A stretch of DNA of 64,000 bases from Candidatus Latescibacterota bacterium (GCA_965237675.1 OZ250150.1:384001-448000); one strand, 5' to 3'; positions 30,220 through 40,290 are shown, counted from the first letter of the stretch. Program-made: numbers and translations. Notes: generated by a model from the sequence alone, not told the origin.

Positions 30220-30936
30220 ATGCGAAACGTTGTGCTGGTATGTATTGCAGCGGCAATTCTGCTGTTCTCGGCAGGAGCGGTCTATGCGGGCGATGTGGGC
30301 GGCAGTTGGGGGATCGGGACGTTCCTGGATTATAACCGGTCGATCTTCAAGCTGAAAGACTGGTACGAAACCGGCCGTGGCGAGGTCGGGGTCGTTTTCA
30401 CCTACGTGATGAGCCAGAGGACCAGCGTGGAGATGGAGTTTCACCGGTCCAAATTCGACAACGGAAAGCTGGAAGACCGCCCGTTTACGTGGCCGGTGGA
30501 CGGGAAAGCGTATATGTCCCCCAATGCGGTGAGCGAGATGCGGATCAGCAGCTTTCTGGTCAACGCGGTCGTCCGGCGCGGGGGCATGGGTATCCTGGCT
30601 AAAGAGAACTATTCCACGTATGTAACCGTCGGCGCCGGGTTTTACGACTACAGGACGGATGTACGCGGACTGATCTTTCCCGGCCAGCGCGAGGCGCCAA
30701 TAAACAAGGAGCTTGTGATAGATCCTTTCAGCGATTCGCGCACGGCGCTGGGGGCGAACGTGGGCGTGGGTGTCGAGGCGTTTGTGTTCGACAACATTTC
30801 GCTGGATGTACGTGCCCGATACAATCTCCTGCTCGGCGAGTTGAGGCCTATGGAAGCGTGGAATCTCGACGGCCAGACCTTTCCGATGCAGTTCTTGAAT
30901 GCGCGCGGCGGCATCCGGTTTTATTTCAAGAAATAG
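30220..30936 (+). CDS. small outer-membrane beta-barrel protein
   Basis: Signal peptide (AVYA-G), alternating amphipathic strands, C-terminal GGIRFYF; AGGAGG RBS. Confidence 0.8.
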   Translation: MRNVVLVCIAAAILLFSAGAVYAGDVGGSWGIGTFLDYNRSIFKLKDWYETGRGEVGVVFTYVMSQRTSVEMEFHRSKFDNGKLEDRPFTWPVDGKAYMSPNAVSEMRISSFLVNAVVRRGGMGILAKENYSTYVTVGAGFYDYRTDVRGLIFPGQREAPINKELVIDPFSDSRTALGANVGVGVEAFVFDNISLDVRARYNLLLGELRPMEAWNLDGQTFPMQFLNARGGIRFYFKK

Positions 30937-31025
30937 CAATTCAGTCATAACCGGTAATTGCCAGGCGGTTGGATCTCTGTTGGAGAATCTCGCAAGCGAA
31001 ATAAATGCTGCGTAAAGGAGGAACC

Positions 31026-34000
31026 ATGAGAAGGCTCAGGTTTATGACGGGCGCTGTGGCCGTGTTGTGTTCCGTGTTTTTTGTCACCAGCGCGGTAACG
31101 GCCGCGACAACCGGCAAAATCGTCGGCCGGGTGACCGACGAGCAAGGAGAGCCCCTGCCAGGGGCCAGCGTCTCAATTGAAGAAACGCGGCTGGGGGGAA
31201 CGACCGATGCGGATGGATTCTACGTCATCGTTTCCGTAACTCCCGGACAGTACAAGTTGACAGCTTCAATGGTGGGTTATCACTCGGTGGTCAAAGAGCA
31301 AGTGGCCGTGCGGGTGGACTTCACCACGACCGTAGACTTCCAGCTTCGTGAATCCGAACTGGAACTCGAGGAGATGGTGGTCGTGGCGGAAAGGCCGGCG
31401 GTCGACCCCGACAAGACGGACAGCCGTTACGTCGTAACCGCCGAGGAGATCCAGCGAACGCCCATTCTAAGGAACGTCACCGAGGTTCTGGAATTGGAGC
31501 CGGGTTATGCCGTTGACGGCAGCGGCGCCATCCGGGGTTGGGTTGCCAGCCACAACGTGGTCTACGTCGACGGCGTCCCCGTAGCGGGCAGGGACGGACG
31601 CGGCATCGGAGGGGGATGGGGCGACGGCGGCGAGAGGCAGTGGTACGGCGTCAACCTCAAGGCGGTGCAGGAGGTCTCGGTAATCACGGGCGGCATGAAC
31701 GCCGAGTACGGCAACGCGCAGGCGGGCGTCATCCAGATTGTAACGCGCGACGGCGGCGCCGACTACCACGGCGAGGGGGAGTACCGTCTCACCCCTGGCG
31801 GCAAGAAGCACTGGGGGGCGGACGTCTACGAGGCGCCGGAGTTGCGGGGGAACGCGAAGTGGAACGATCCCTCTTGGACTTCCGAGGTGGACCCCGAGAC
31901 CGGAAATCTGGTGCACCATCGAACCAATTATACAGACTGGAGAGGCCACTACCTCGACGGCTATCTGAGCGGCCCGCTATTCGGGCAGGCTTCGTTCTTC
32001 GCCAGCGCCCGTCACCTTCGCGACGCCGCCGTTCTCCCCGGTCCGTGGCGCACCCGGCCGCCGAACATCCGGACCACGGCGAAGCTGACGGTCCCCGCCG
32101 GGCTGAACATGAAACTGCGGATCGGATGGATGTACGACTGGTCGGAGGGAATCAACAACGGACGGCTGTCCAGGTACAGCTTCCCGAACATCCTCCGAGG
32201 ACCCGGGCGGGATCTCTTCATTCCCGAGGGGTCGGTCGCCGGGACGGAATCCCAGTTGGACAACATGGTCTACGGCGTTCTCACCCATACCGTCAACCCC
32301 AGGACGTTCTACGAGGTGAGCGTGTCGCGCTACCGCAGCAGGACCGACACAAGCGGCGTGGGGAATGCAACCACGGCCGTCAGGACGGACAGCGACGGGT
32401 TTTTCTACATCGGCCGAGACGACGTTTGGGCCTTCAAGGTCGGTGAACAGAACCGATACAGCGTGAAGGCCGATCTGTCCAGCCAAGTGAATCGCGAACA
32501 CTTCGCCAAGACCGGCTTCGAGTTCATGACGTTCAGCAACTGGTGGACGTGGACGGGCATGACGCCCGGCGACGCCAAGCGGGATATCCGTTACATCGGA
32601 CAGCCCGAACCGGGCGAGCCCGTGACGCCCAGGCAGTTCAGTGTGTACGTCCAGGACAAGATGGAATTTGAGGGGTTGATCGTCAACGTCGGCCTGCGCT
32701 ACGACCGGATGTGGGGTCAGGACGTACAGTTGCTGCCGACGTTCACGTCGGGATGGTACAACGCGATGGATACCTTCATCCAGGCGCCGACCGGGCCCAT
32801 GCGGACGATCTCCGGCTGGAGCCCCAGGATGGGAATCTCGCACCCCATTACGTCCAGGTCCAGCTTGCATTTCTTTTACGGCCGATTCATGATGCTCCCC
32901 TCCTTCCGGCAACAGTTCGGCAGCCACTGGGAAACGGCTTCGGGGCCGTCGGGCGTTCCGGGCGTGCCGTGGAGTCATTTCAACGCGAAAGACGAAAGCT
33001 ACGGCGCGAACGCTATCAGCCCGGTTTGGGACCACGGTCACCCTACGAACAGTTTTGAGGTAGGCACCGACTGGAACTTCGTGAGCGACTATGTGGCCTC
33101 TCTGGCCGCCTTTTACAAGAGCGGCCACCTGCAGAGCACCGGTCTCTGGCACGACGCCGTCGATCCCGTGACCGGGAGAACAGGCGCCATCGGTGGCACG
33201 TACGGTTCCGAGCGCACGGAGGACGTCAAGGGCTTCGAGTTCAGCATGAGGAAGGGATTCAGCAACCTTTTCTCATTCCGGGCCGCAATGAACCTGGAAT
33301 GGCTGGAAGCCATCCACTGGCTTGGAGATCTGGAGTCTGTCGCGAGTGTCCTCGTCTATCCCGATGCCAGCTTCATCGCCAGCGGAAAGTACCACAAGGA
33401 GTGGCGTGCCGCGGGCGGCCGCAGGGAACCCGTTCCGCTGACAGCCGACGAGATCCGGGAAATCTCCGCCAAGGCCGAAGAGAACCTGCAAAAGGTCAGG
33501 GAAAATCATGAGTTCTTCCTCACCAGCGGTGGCGCCGGCCCGATTCAACCGGCGTGGGAAGCCCCGGGCCTGACGGCCGAAGCCAAGGAATATCTGCAGG
33601 GCATCTGGTTCCAGAAGTTGTGGTTCAGCACCGGGAACATCTTCTCACGCGGGCGCCGCAGCCAGGGCAGTCTGCAGATGTTCTTCTCCTCCCCGCTTGA
33701 CTTTGGCCCGGGCGCCAGGATGGCCGGCACGACGCTCTTTGGCGGCATCAACGCCAACCTGATCTACCGGATCTACACGGGCGGCAAGTTCAATTACATC
33801 AAGCTTACCGGAAACAACACATCGGCGAGGGGTCCGTTGCACACGGAAACCGACTTGAACTTACAGAAGCACTTCCGCTTCGGGAGCTTCAACGCCGATG
33901 TGTTCGTCGAAGTGTTCAACCTGTTCAACCAGCAGGACGCGGCCCGCGTTACCAATACGGACTACATGTGGTGGGGGCTCCAGCAGCCCAGGCCCGACGA

Positions 34001-34094
34001 TGCGAACTACCTGAATTACGGGGACTTATCTGACCGCTCGCGCTACATCGGCAATCCCCGGATTACCCACGTGGGGATCAGGTTGAATTTCTGA
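31026..34094 (+). CDS. TonB-dependent receptor with N-terminal carboxypeptidase-regulatory-like domain
   Basis: Signal peptide; GKIVGRVTD..GEPLPGASV; plug motifs VYVDG and GGMNAEYGNAQAGVI; C-terminal GIRLNF. Confidence 0.92.
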   Translation: MRRLRFMTGAVAVLCSVFFVTSAVTAATTGKIVGRVTDEQGEPLPGASVSIEETRLGGTTDADGFYVIVSVTPGQYKLTASMVGYHSVVKEQVAVRVDFTTTVDFQLRESELELEEMVVVAERPAVDPDKTDSRYVVTAEEIQRTPILRNVTEVLELEPGYAVDGSGAIRGWVASHNVVYVDGVPVAGRDGRGIGGGWGDGGERQWYGVNLKAVQEVSVITGGMNAEYGNAQAGVIQIVTRDGGADYHGEGEYRLTPGGKKHWGADVYEAPELRGNAKWNDPSWTSEVDPETGNLVHHRTNYTDWRGHYLDGYLSGPLFGQASFFASARHLRDAAVLPGPWRTRPPNIRTTAKLTVPAGLNMKLRIGWMYDWSEGINNGRLSRYSFPNILRGPGRDLFIPEGSVAGTESQLDNMVYGVLTHTVNPRTFYEVSVSRYRSRTDTSGVGNATTAVRTDSDGFFYIGRDDVWAFKVGEQNRYSVKADLSSQVNREHFAKTGFEFMTFSNWWTWTGMTPGDAKRDIRYIGQPEPGEPVTPRQFSVYVQDKMEFEGLIVNVGLRYDRMWGQDVQLLPTFTSGWYNAMDTFIQAPTGPMRTISGWSPRMGISHPITSRSSLHFFYGRFMMLPSFRQQFGSHWETASGPSGVPGVPWSHFNAKDESYGANAISPVWDHGHPTNSFEVGTDWNFVSDYVASLAAFYKSGHLQSTGLWHDAVDPVTGRTGAIGGTYGSERTEDVKGFEFSMRKGFSNLFSFRAAMNLEWLEAIHWLGDLESVASVLVYPDASFIASGKYHKEWRAAGGRREPVPLTADEIREISAKAEENLQKVRENHEFFLTSGGAGPIQPAWEAPGLTAEAKEYLQGIWFQKLWFSTGNIFSRGRRSQGSLQMFFSSPLDFGPGARMAGTTLFGGINANLIYRIYTGGKFNYIKLTGNNTSARGPLHTETDLNLQKHFRFGSFNADVFVEVFNLFNQQDAARVTNTDYMWWGLQQPRPDDANYLNYGDLSDRSRYIGNPRITHVGIRLNF

Positions 34095-34105
34095 CGCGGT
34101 TGAAC

Positions 34106-34123
34106 CCCTCCGGTAACGGAGGG
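34106..34123 (+). other. intercistronic GNRA hairpin without U-tract
   Basis: CCCTCCG-GTAA-CGGAGGG right after the TBDR stop. Confidence 0.55.
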
Positions 34124-34157
34124 CCCAACCCTGTTGGACATCTTTGAGGAGATCTAG

Positions 34158-36437
34158 GTGATGAAAAAGATTATGGTATGCGGAATCGCATTCTTGGTTC
34201 TCGCCCAGGTGTTTGGCGGCGCCGGGCACGCGGAACTCCGCGTTCAGTCCCGCGCGAAGGTGTGGGATATCTACTGGAATTCAGGCACCCAGGGCGTGCG
34301 CGCCGCAACGCCCATGAGTTGGTACCGACCCGTCGGCCTGGCCTATCCCGGGACCTTCTGGGTGCAGTTCCCGCAGGAATTCGTGGACTACTGGGGCACC
34401 CGACGCTGGGGGGTCCGGTCCGAGTGGGTCGTCTATTACAACGAATTGTGCGGCACGATGCCCGGCTGGAACCAGTTCATCGCGACAAGAGTCGGAGGCG
34501 AATACCACGTCTCCGAATCCAAGGCGACTCTGGAATCCGAAGACGTGGTCCCGATGGCCTACGATCCGTCCCAGGGGCCTGAGATGAATATCGGCTACCG
34601 GAAGGTATCGCCCCTGGGTCCGGTCATGGCCAACTGGTGGTCCGGGCAGCCCGCGCCGGGGCCCGCTTCGCCTGTGGAGATCCACAACTACCGGTACAGC
34701 GAATACATGGAGCCCGACAAAGACAGTTTTCCGGAGAGCACTATCATCAGCAAATGGACCACGCGCAACGGCATCACCGTCACCAAGAAGGCATACGCGT
34801 GGAGCTTCCCCGACTTCGACGATTTCGAGATTCTGGAATACACGTTCGAAAATACCGGAGATTCCGACGGCGACGGCGTGGCCGATCTCGGCGGCGGGGG
34901 GTTGCAACTGAACGATACGTTCCTGATCTTCTCTACCCGCTTCTATACCTCCCAGTGCGGCCAGGCCCACTATGTCGGGGATTCGTTCTTCAGGTACACG
35001 CTGCCGTTAGCTTTGGACGATTGGTACAAATATACGGAGGCGGCCAATTTCGACGGTCCAGGCGCGGCGACGGGGCTCAAGATGTGGTACGCCTATGACG
35101 GGGAGAACCCGGACCTGCCAGGCGAGGACATCGGCAAGCCCTACAGTCAGAACCGCGCCAACCAGAGTTGGCACAGCTGCTGTCTCAAACAAACAAAAGT
35201 GGAGGGCCAGTTGGGGGCCTTCCAGTACGTGGGCGCCGCACCGCTCGCCTACACGCCGGGATCGGTCAACGATCCGTCATCCTTCACCTACGACACCGGA
35301 GGCGATGCGAGCTTCGTGGCGCCACGGGTCGCGGACCAGCCCCACACCGTAAAGTGGTGGGACTACCGGGACCGGACCGATTTCTCGGAACCCGGTTCGG
35401 AGAACAAGAGTTCCGAGCAGATCTATACCGAATTGACGAGTGCGTCGCCCTTCATCCAGGACAATCCCACGGTGGTGGACGGCGTTACGGCTTCGTTCGC
35501 CTATGGACCGTACGACCTGGCCCCCGGGGACAAGGTGAGAATCGTCTACGCCCTGGTGGCGGCCGCCCCGGTGGAGGAGAACATGTGGGGTTGGGCCAAG
35601 CAGGGCAGACAGGAGGACATGTACACGGATAAGGCGATGAACAACCTCCTCAAACACCACAAGGCCGCCGCGGACGCCTTCAGGTGGGGCTACGATCTGC
35701 CCGATCCCCCGCCGGACGTGAAGACTGAGGTAGCCGCTTCGGTCGACGGATTCAACCTGATCAAGTGGACCGACGACGGGGACGACGCGACCGACCCGGA
35801 CTACACCGGCGCAGAGGCCCAGGATATCGTGGGCTATCGAATCTACCGCTCGGACTTCAAGATTGACGACTGGAAGCTCATGGCCGATATTCCGTTGAAG
35901 GATCCGGAGTATTATAGCGGTGGCACCTACCAGGTTGAAGACAGGAAATCCGTGGCGGGTTTTGAATACACCTACCGCGTGGCGGCCTACGACTCGGGCC
36001 ACGACGACTGGAACGGAACGGGGATGGCCATCTCCTCCATGGAGGGCGGGAACAGTTCGCCCGAGCAATGGGTGGGAGGCGTCATGACCAGTGTTCCTTT
36101 CGTACCGGCCAATGCGGCGGCGGACCAGATGCAGCGGGACGTGATCATCGTTCCCAATCCACACAAAGTCGACGGAGCCCACAACTATCCGTCTGCGGGG
36201 CTGATACGGTTTACCAACGTCCCGCAGCGTTGCACGATCAGGATCTACACCGTGGCGGGGGAGCTTGCCGCTGTGATCGAACACAACGATCCCAGCAGGG
36301 GCGAGGCCGGATGGGACCAGATACCCCGCTCGCGCGGCGGGAACGTGCCCTCCGGCGTCTATTACTGGATCGTCGAATCCCAGATGCCGGGAAGCCAGGG
36401 CCAGACACAGTCGGGCACGTTGATGATCATCAAATAG
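34158..36437 (+). CDS. secreted protein with Fn3-like domain and C-terminal T9SS-type sorting domain (CTD)
   Basis: Signal peptide (AGHA-E); PPPD.V, GYRIYRS, YTYRVAAYD; CTD VIIVPNP...IRFTNVP..CTIRIYTVAGE...WD...SGVYYW...MIIK from 36141. Confidence 0.8.
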   Translation: MMKKIMVCGIAFLVLAQVFGGAGHAELRVQSRAKVWDIYWNSGTQGVRAATPMSWYRPVGLAYPGTFWVQFPQEFVDYWGTRRWGVRSEWVVYYNELCGTMPGWNQFIATRVGGEYHVSESKATLESEDVVPMAYDPSQGPEMNIGYRKVSPLGPVMANWWSGQPAPGPASPVEIHNYRYSEYMEPDKDSFPESTIISKWTTRNGITVTKKAYAWSFPDFDDFEILEYTFENTGDSDGDGVADLGGGGLQLNDTFLIFSTRFYTSQCGQAHYVGDSFFRYTLPLALDDWYKYTEAANFDGPGAATGLKMWYAYDGENPDLPGEDIGKPYSQNRANQSWHSCCLKQTKVEGQLGAFQYVGAAPLAYTPGSVNDPSSFTYDTGGDASFVAPRVADQPHTVKWWDYRDRTDFSEPGSENKSSEQIYTELTSASPFIQDNPTVVDGVTASFAYGPYDLAPGDKVRIVYALVAAAPVEENMWGWAKQGRQEDMYTDKAMNNLLKHHKAAADAFRWGYDLPDPPPDVKTEVAASVDGFNLIKWTDDGDDATDPDYTGAEAQDIVGYRIYRSDFKIDDWKLMADIPLKDPEYYSGGTYQVEDRKSVAGFEYTYRVAAYDSGHDDWNGTGMAISSMEGGNSSPEQWVGGVMTSVPFVPANAAADQMQRDVIIVPNPHKVDGAHNYPSAGLIRFTNVPQRCTIRIYTVAGELAAVIEHNDPSRGEAGWDQIPRSRGGNVPSGVYYWIVESQMPGSQGQTQSGTLMIIK

Positions 36438-36496
36438 GGGCAGATCTCTATTTCTGCACGGCTCAGGTCCATACTGAAACTTAAGGAGAGTACACG

Positions 36497-37450
36497 ATGA
36501 AACGAACGTTGTGGATCGGACTGACAGCGGTGGTGATCTGCGCCCTGCTCTATCCACGGGGAGCAGATGCCCAGGATCAGAGGCGGCTCTCGCGGATGGT
36601 CCTTCCCGTACTGAAGATCGATCATGGAGCGCGTATGGCCGGTATGGGAGGTTCGTTTGTGGCCGTATCGGACAATATCGATGCCATCTTTTCAAATGTG
36701 GCCGGGTTGACGCATATCGAGGGGTCCGCGTTCACGCTCGGATACACCCGATGGCTGATGAACGACCACATTCTGAACGGCGGCCTGGCCTTCAAGACCG
36801 GGTACGGGGTTGTGGGTTTGAGCGTGGTCACATTCAGACCCAAGGGGTTCGAGGAGACAACCATTTTTCAGCCCACGGGCACGGGCCGGGAACCGGATAT
36901 GGGCGATCTGTCCCTGGGCGTGGCCTACGCGAAAAAGCTGACGGACAAACTTTCGGTGGGCTCCTTGTTCCGCTGGACCCAGCAGACACTCGATACCGAC
37001 CGTCTGACGGCGTACGACGTAAACGTATCGACGTTTTTCTACACCGGCTTCAAAAGTCTGCGTCTCGGAATGACGTTTGAAAACATGGGCAAGGACGTCA
37101 AGGTGGTTGAAGATGTGAGAAAGATGCCGGTTTCCTTCGGTACGGCGGTCGCAATGGAAATTGTCGGCGCCAAGGGCGACCCGTCGTACCTGACGTTTAC
37201 TGCTGAGAATCACTACGCCACGGATTTCGCCGACCCTCAGTACCGGCTGGGCGGAGAATTCTGGCTCCAGAACAGCTTTGCCCTGCGGGCGGGATACAAG
37301 GTCAACTATGACGAAGAGTCATGGACGCTCGGGGCCGGTTTGAAATTCACGATGGCGGACGGCCGTGTGGTGCAGGCGGATATCGCCTATGGCGATTTCG
37401 GCGCGTACCTGAATGCCCCATTGAGGTTCACGCTGAGCGGGGCGTTCTGA
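36497..37450 (+). CDS. PorV/PorQ-family outer-membrane beta-barrel (FadL-like)
   Basis: Signal peptide; LKIDHGARMAGMGGSFVAVSDNIDAIFSNVAGL (PorV-type GAR..GMG...NPAGL); terminal Phe. Confidence 0.82.
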   Translation: MKRTLWIGLTAVVICALLYPRGADAQDQRRLSRMVLPVLKIDHGARMAGMGGSFVAVSDNIDAIFSNVAGLTHIEGSAFTLGYTRWLMNDHILNGGLAFKTGYGVVGLSVVTFRPKGFEETTIFQPTGTGREPDMGDLSLGVAYAKKLTDKLSVGSLFRWTQQTLDTDRLTAYDVNVSTFFYTGFKSLRLGMTFENMGKDVKVVEDVRKMPVSFGTAVAMEIVGAKGDPSYLTFTAENHYATDFADPQYRLGGEFWLQNSFALRAGYKVNYDEESWTLGAGLKFTMADGRVVQADIAYGDFGAYLNAPLRFTLSGAF

Positions 37451-37473
37451 GTTTTCCGGAACAATCGTGGTTA

Positions 37474-37511
37474 AAGGAAATGGCGGTCCTCAGGGATTGC
37501 CATTTCTTTTT
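37474..37511 (+). terminator. rho-independent terminator of the TBDR-CTD-PorV operon
   Basis: AAGGAAATGGCGGTCC-TCA-GGGATTGCCATTTCTTTTT hairpin with T-tract. Confidence 0.75.
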
Positions 37512-37678
37512 AGTGTTCTTTCCCAGAAATAGGTTGCCTAAATTCGGCCGTCGAGTCGCCCGGCTCGCAAGGCGCCAGAGCGCAGGCGACCTGCGTAAGT
37601 TCGGCGAGCGAAGGCAACGCCGCGAGACGGGATGAATCGGCGGGAGAATGGTTAGATATTTTTGGGACAGGACATTAG
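37511..37678. mobile_element. MITE (family B, IS630-like ends), copy 2
   Basis: Imperfect TIRs TAGTGTTCTTTCCCAGAAATA / TATTTTTGGGACAGGACATTAG; homologous to 29926-30120. Confidence 0.7.
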
Positions 37679-37744
37679 GTGGTGGATTCCATATATTCTA
37701 CCACTATCCGGATCTCGTGACCAACGCGCCTATCGGGGGCTGTC

Positions 37745-38971
37745 GTGGGTCGATTTCGAACGATATGCCAGAAGTGCGATGCGAAACAACAGGATGCCCG
37801 ACTCTTGAATTGTGGTGTCTGCGGGGGTCCACTGGGGTTTCGATACAGCTATGCCGATGTTGCGTGGGACAACCGCTTCGAAGGTTCCATGTGGCGCTAC
37901 TGGCCCCTTCTACCGGTCGACGGCCCGGACGCGGCCGTCACCCTGGGTGAAGGCGGTACGCCTCTGCTGCACGCACGGAGCTTCGAAGGGCGGCAGGTTC
38001 TTCTGAAGGACGAAACCCGCAATCCCACCGGGTCCCATAAGGACCGTTCTCTCTCGGTCGCGATCACACACGGAAAGTCCATTGGCGCGGATGTTTCCGT
38101 TATTGTGTCAACGGGAAGCGCCGGCATCTCCAACGCCGCCCTCGCAGCACGCGCCGGAATGCGCAGCGTGGTGGTCATGGCCGAGGGAACGCCGCCCGAA
38201 CGGCTCTACCCCATGTTCGGCCTCGGCGCCGTGCTTCTCGAGGTGAGTGCACAGATCGACCCGATCGTGGAAGGGGTTATTGCCGTCTGCCGCAGCCAGG
38301 GACTCTATCTGAGCACCACCAGCCGGAACTCCAATCCGTACCAGTCCGAAGGGAATAAGACCATCGCCTACGAGATCGTGGAGGAACTTGGCAGGGCGCC
38401 GGACTGGGTGGTGGTTCCCGTGGGTGGCGGCGGTACGGTTTCGGGTGTCTGGCGGGGGTTCCGGGATTGCCACGCGCTTGGGCTTATTGACTCTCTTCCA
38501 AGGATGATTGGCGTGGTTCCTCGTGACTACAACGCGCTGGAGGTGGCCTTCGAACGCGGGCTGGAACAATGGAAAGAGGTACTGGCGCTGCCCTATGACA
38601 ACCCGCCGCCCTCAATTCTTGTGAAGCTTGCCCACAGCTATCCCCCCGACGGAATGGAAGCCCTCCGGACCCTACGTGCGTCGAGGGGAAATTTCATTTC
38701 CGTCACGGACGAGGAGGCCCTGACGGCCCAGGAATTTTGCGGGCGGCAGGAAGGGCTGTTCGTGGAGCCGTCCACCGGTGCCTGCCTGGCCGGCACAGCC
38801 CGGCTGTTGGATTCGGGACGTGTGGATCCAGGGGATCTCGTGGTTGCCGTCGTGAGCGGTTCCGGGTATCGCGAGACTGCCTGCACCATGGCCTCGCGCC
38901 CCCTGAAGAAGCAGGCAATATCGATCGAGGAACTGTCCGGCACCCTTGCGGGCTTTGCCGGGTCCGGGTGA
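37745..38971 (+). CDS. threonine synthase-like PLP-dependent enzyme (fold type II)
   Basis: N-terminal CxxC...CxxC; SMWRY; LGEGGTPL; NPTGSHKDR; EGNKTIAYEI; PVGGGG; FVEPS. Confidence 0.85.
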   Translation: MGRFRTICQKCDAKQQDARLLNCGVCGGPLGFRYSYADVAWDNRFEGSMWRYWPLLPVDGPDAAVTLGEGGTPLLHARSFEGRQVLLKDETRNPTGSHKDRSLSVAITHGKSIGADVSVIVSTGSAGISNAALAARAGMRSVVVMAEGTPPERLYPMFGLGAVLLEVSAQIDPIVEGVIAVCRSQGLYLSTTSRNSNPYQSEGNKTIAYEIVEELGRAPDWVVVPVGGGGTVSGVWRGFRDCHALGLIDSLPRMIGVVPRDYNALEVAFERGLEQWKEVLALPYDNPPPSILVKLAHSYPPDGMEALRTLRASRGNFISVTDEEALTAQEFCGRQEGLFVEPSTGACLAGTARLLDSGRVDPGDLVVAVVSGSGYRETACTMASRPLKKQAISIEELSGTLAGFAGSG

Positions 38972-39103
38972 ACGGCCCGGGCTTCCCATCCTCAATTGAC
39001 CGAGTCGCCAGAATGGAACACCGGACAGGCATGCGCGGCGGCGAACGTGTTTAATCTGGACAATTCACAAAAAAGGTAGTTTCCTTACTCAAGTCAATGA
39101 GAA

Positions 39104-39128
39104 GGGCAGACAGGAGTGTCTGCCCCAC
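39104..39128 (-). repeat. GTGG-type REP palindrome
   Basis: Minus strand GTGG-GGCAGACA-CTCC-TGTCTGCC. Confidence 0.6.
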
Positions 39129-39267
39129 ATTCACACACGCTTCCTCAACGGCTCCACAAGCCATTGTGCGGGGTTGAGATGATTGATTCGCGAATAAGGC
39201 AGAAAATCCAATCCACCTGTCCTGCCGGGAAGTGGCGCGGCTCGACTCTGGCCGAGGGACTGAATGC

Positions 39268-40290
39268 ATGTTCATGCATCGTGCGAAATGGCAGCGTAGC
39301 GAGCAGCCGGTTCTGTCTGCCCTGACCACCCGACAGGACTGGTCCCGGGTTGAACTCTACAATCCGACGGTGGTCCGCGTCGAGGACAGGTACATGATGT
39401 GGTACATCGGCAACAGTACCGCCACCCGTACAGACGATACGAAACTGGGCTTTGCCACGTCGGACGACGGGATCCACTGGGACGAGCATCCGGACAACCC
39501 CATCCTGACTGGCGCCCACCTGCCCGCCTGCGACGCCTGGCAGACCCCGCACGTAATATTCGACGCGGACGAGGGCCTGTTCAAGATGTGGTTCATCATG
39601 TCGACCGTCGTGCGGGGCGGGCCAACCTGGCTCATCAGCTTCACTCAACAGTTGGGTTACGCTTCAAGCCGCGACGGTCTGGGATGGGACGTCCATCCCG
39701 AGCCAATTTACCCCAGCGGGCGGCGGCCGTGTGTGATCAAGGACGGTCCGGGCGCCTACCGGATGTGGATGAACTCATCGCCGACGCCCGACGGTAGCTT
39801 CGACGATCTGGTCCGGCACATCTATCGATTCGAATCCACCGACGGCATCGATTGGACGCGGGACCCTGAACCTGTCGTGAGCTTCAACGAGAAGCTCAGG
39901 GGCACGATCTATCCTTTCGTTATGCGGGACGGCGACGGATATATCATGTGGTACGGCGGCTGGCCCGCCGAAGGCGAAGTGGTGATCGACGCGGGTTCCG
40001 ACGCACCCCTGGTTCGCCCCGTGTTCGAAATATACTGTTCGACGTCCGCCGATGGCCTGAATTGGACCCACCACCAGGACACGCCCGCCCTGCCGGCGAC
40101 GCGCAATCCCGTCGACTACGACGGGCGGTATACCTCCACGCCGTGTGTCGTCGACGGCGGGGACCGCTACCTGATGTACTATTCCGCCAGGGACTGGGGT
40201 ACCCTCTATAGAACCGGAGCGGACACGCTGGGCATCGATAAAGCCGGAATCTATCGTCACATCGGCGTGGCCGTGTGCCCCAGGACTTGA
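39268..40290 (+). CDS. five-bladed beta-propeller glycoside-hydrolase-like protein (GH32/GH130/GH43-like), paralog 1
   Basis: Repeats YMMWY.G, ATSDDGIHW, NPIL, S.DG..W; DGRYTSTPCV. Confidence 0.7.
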   Translation: MFMHRAKWQRSEQPVLSALTTRQDWSRVELYNPTVVRVEDRYMMWYIGNSTATRTDDTKLGFATSDDGIHWDEHPDNPILTGAHLPACDAWQTPHVIFDADEGLFKMWFIMSTVVRGGPTWLISFTQQLGYASSRDGLGWDVHPEPIYPSGRRPCVIKDGPGAYRMWMNSSPTPDGSFDDLVRHIYRFESTDGIDWTRDPEPVVSFNEKLRGTIYPFVMRDGDGYIMWYGGWPAEGEVVIDAGSDAPLVRPVFEIYCSTSADGLNWTHHQDTPALPATRNPVDYDGRYTSTPCVVDGGDRYLMYYSARDWGTLYRTGADTLGIDKAGIYRHIGVAVCPRT

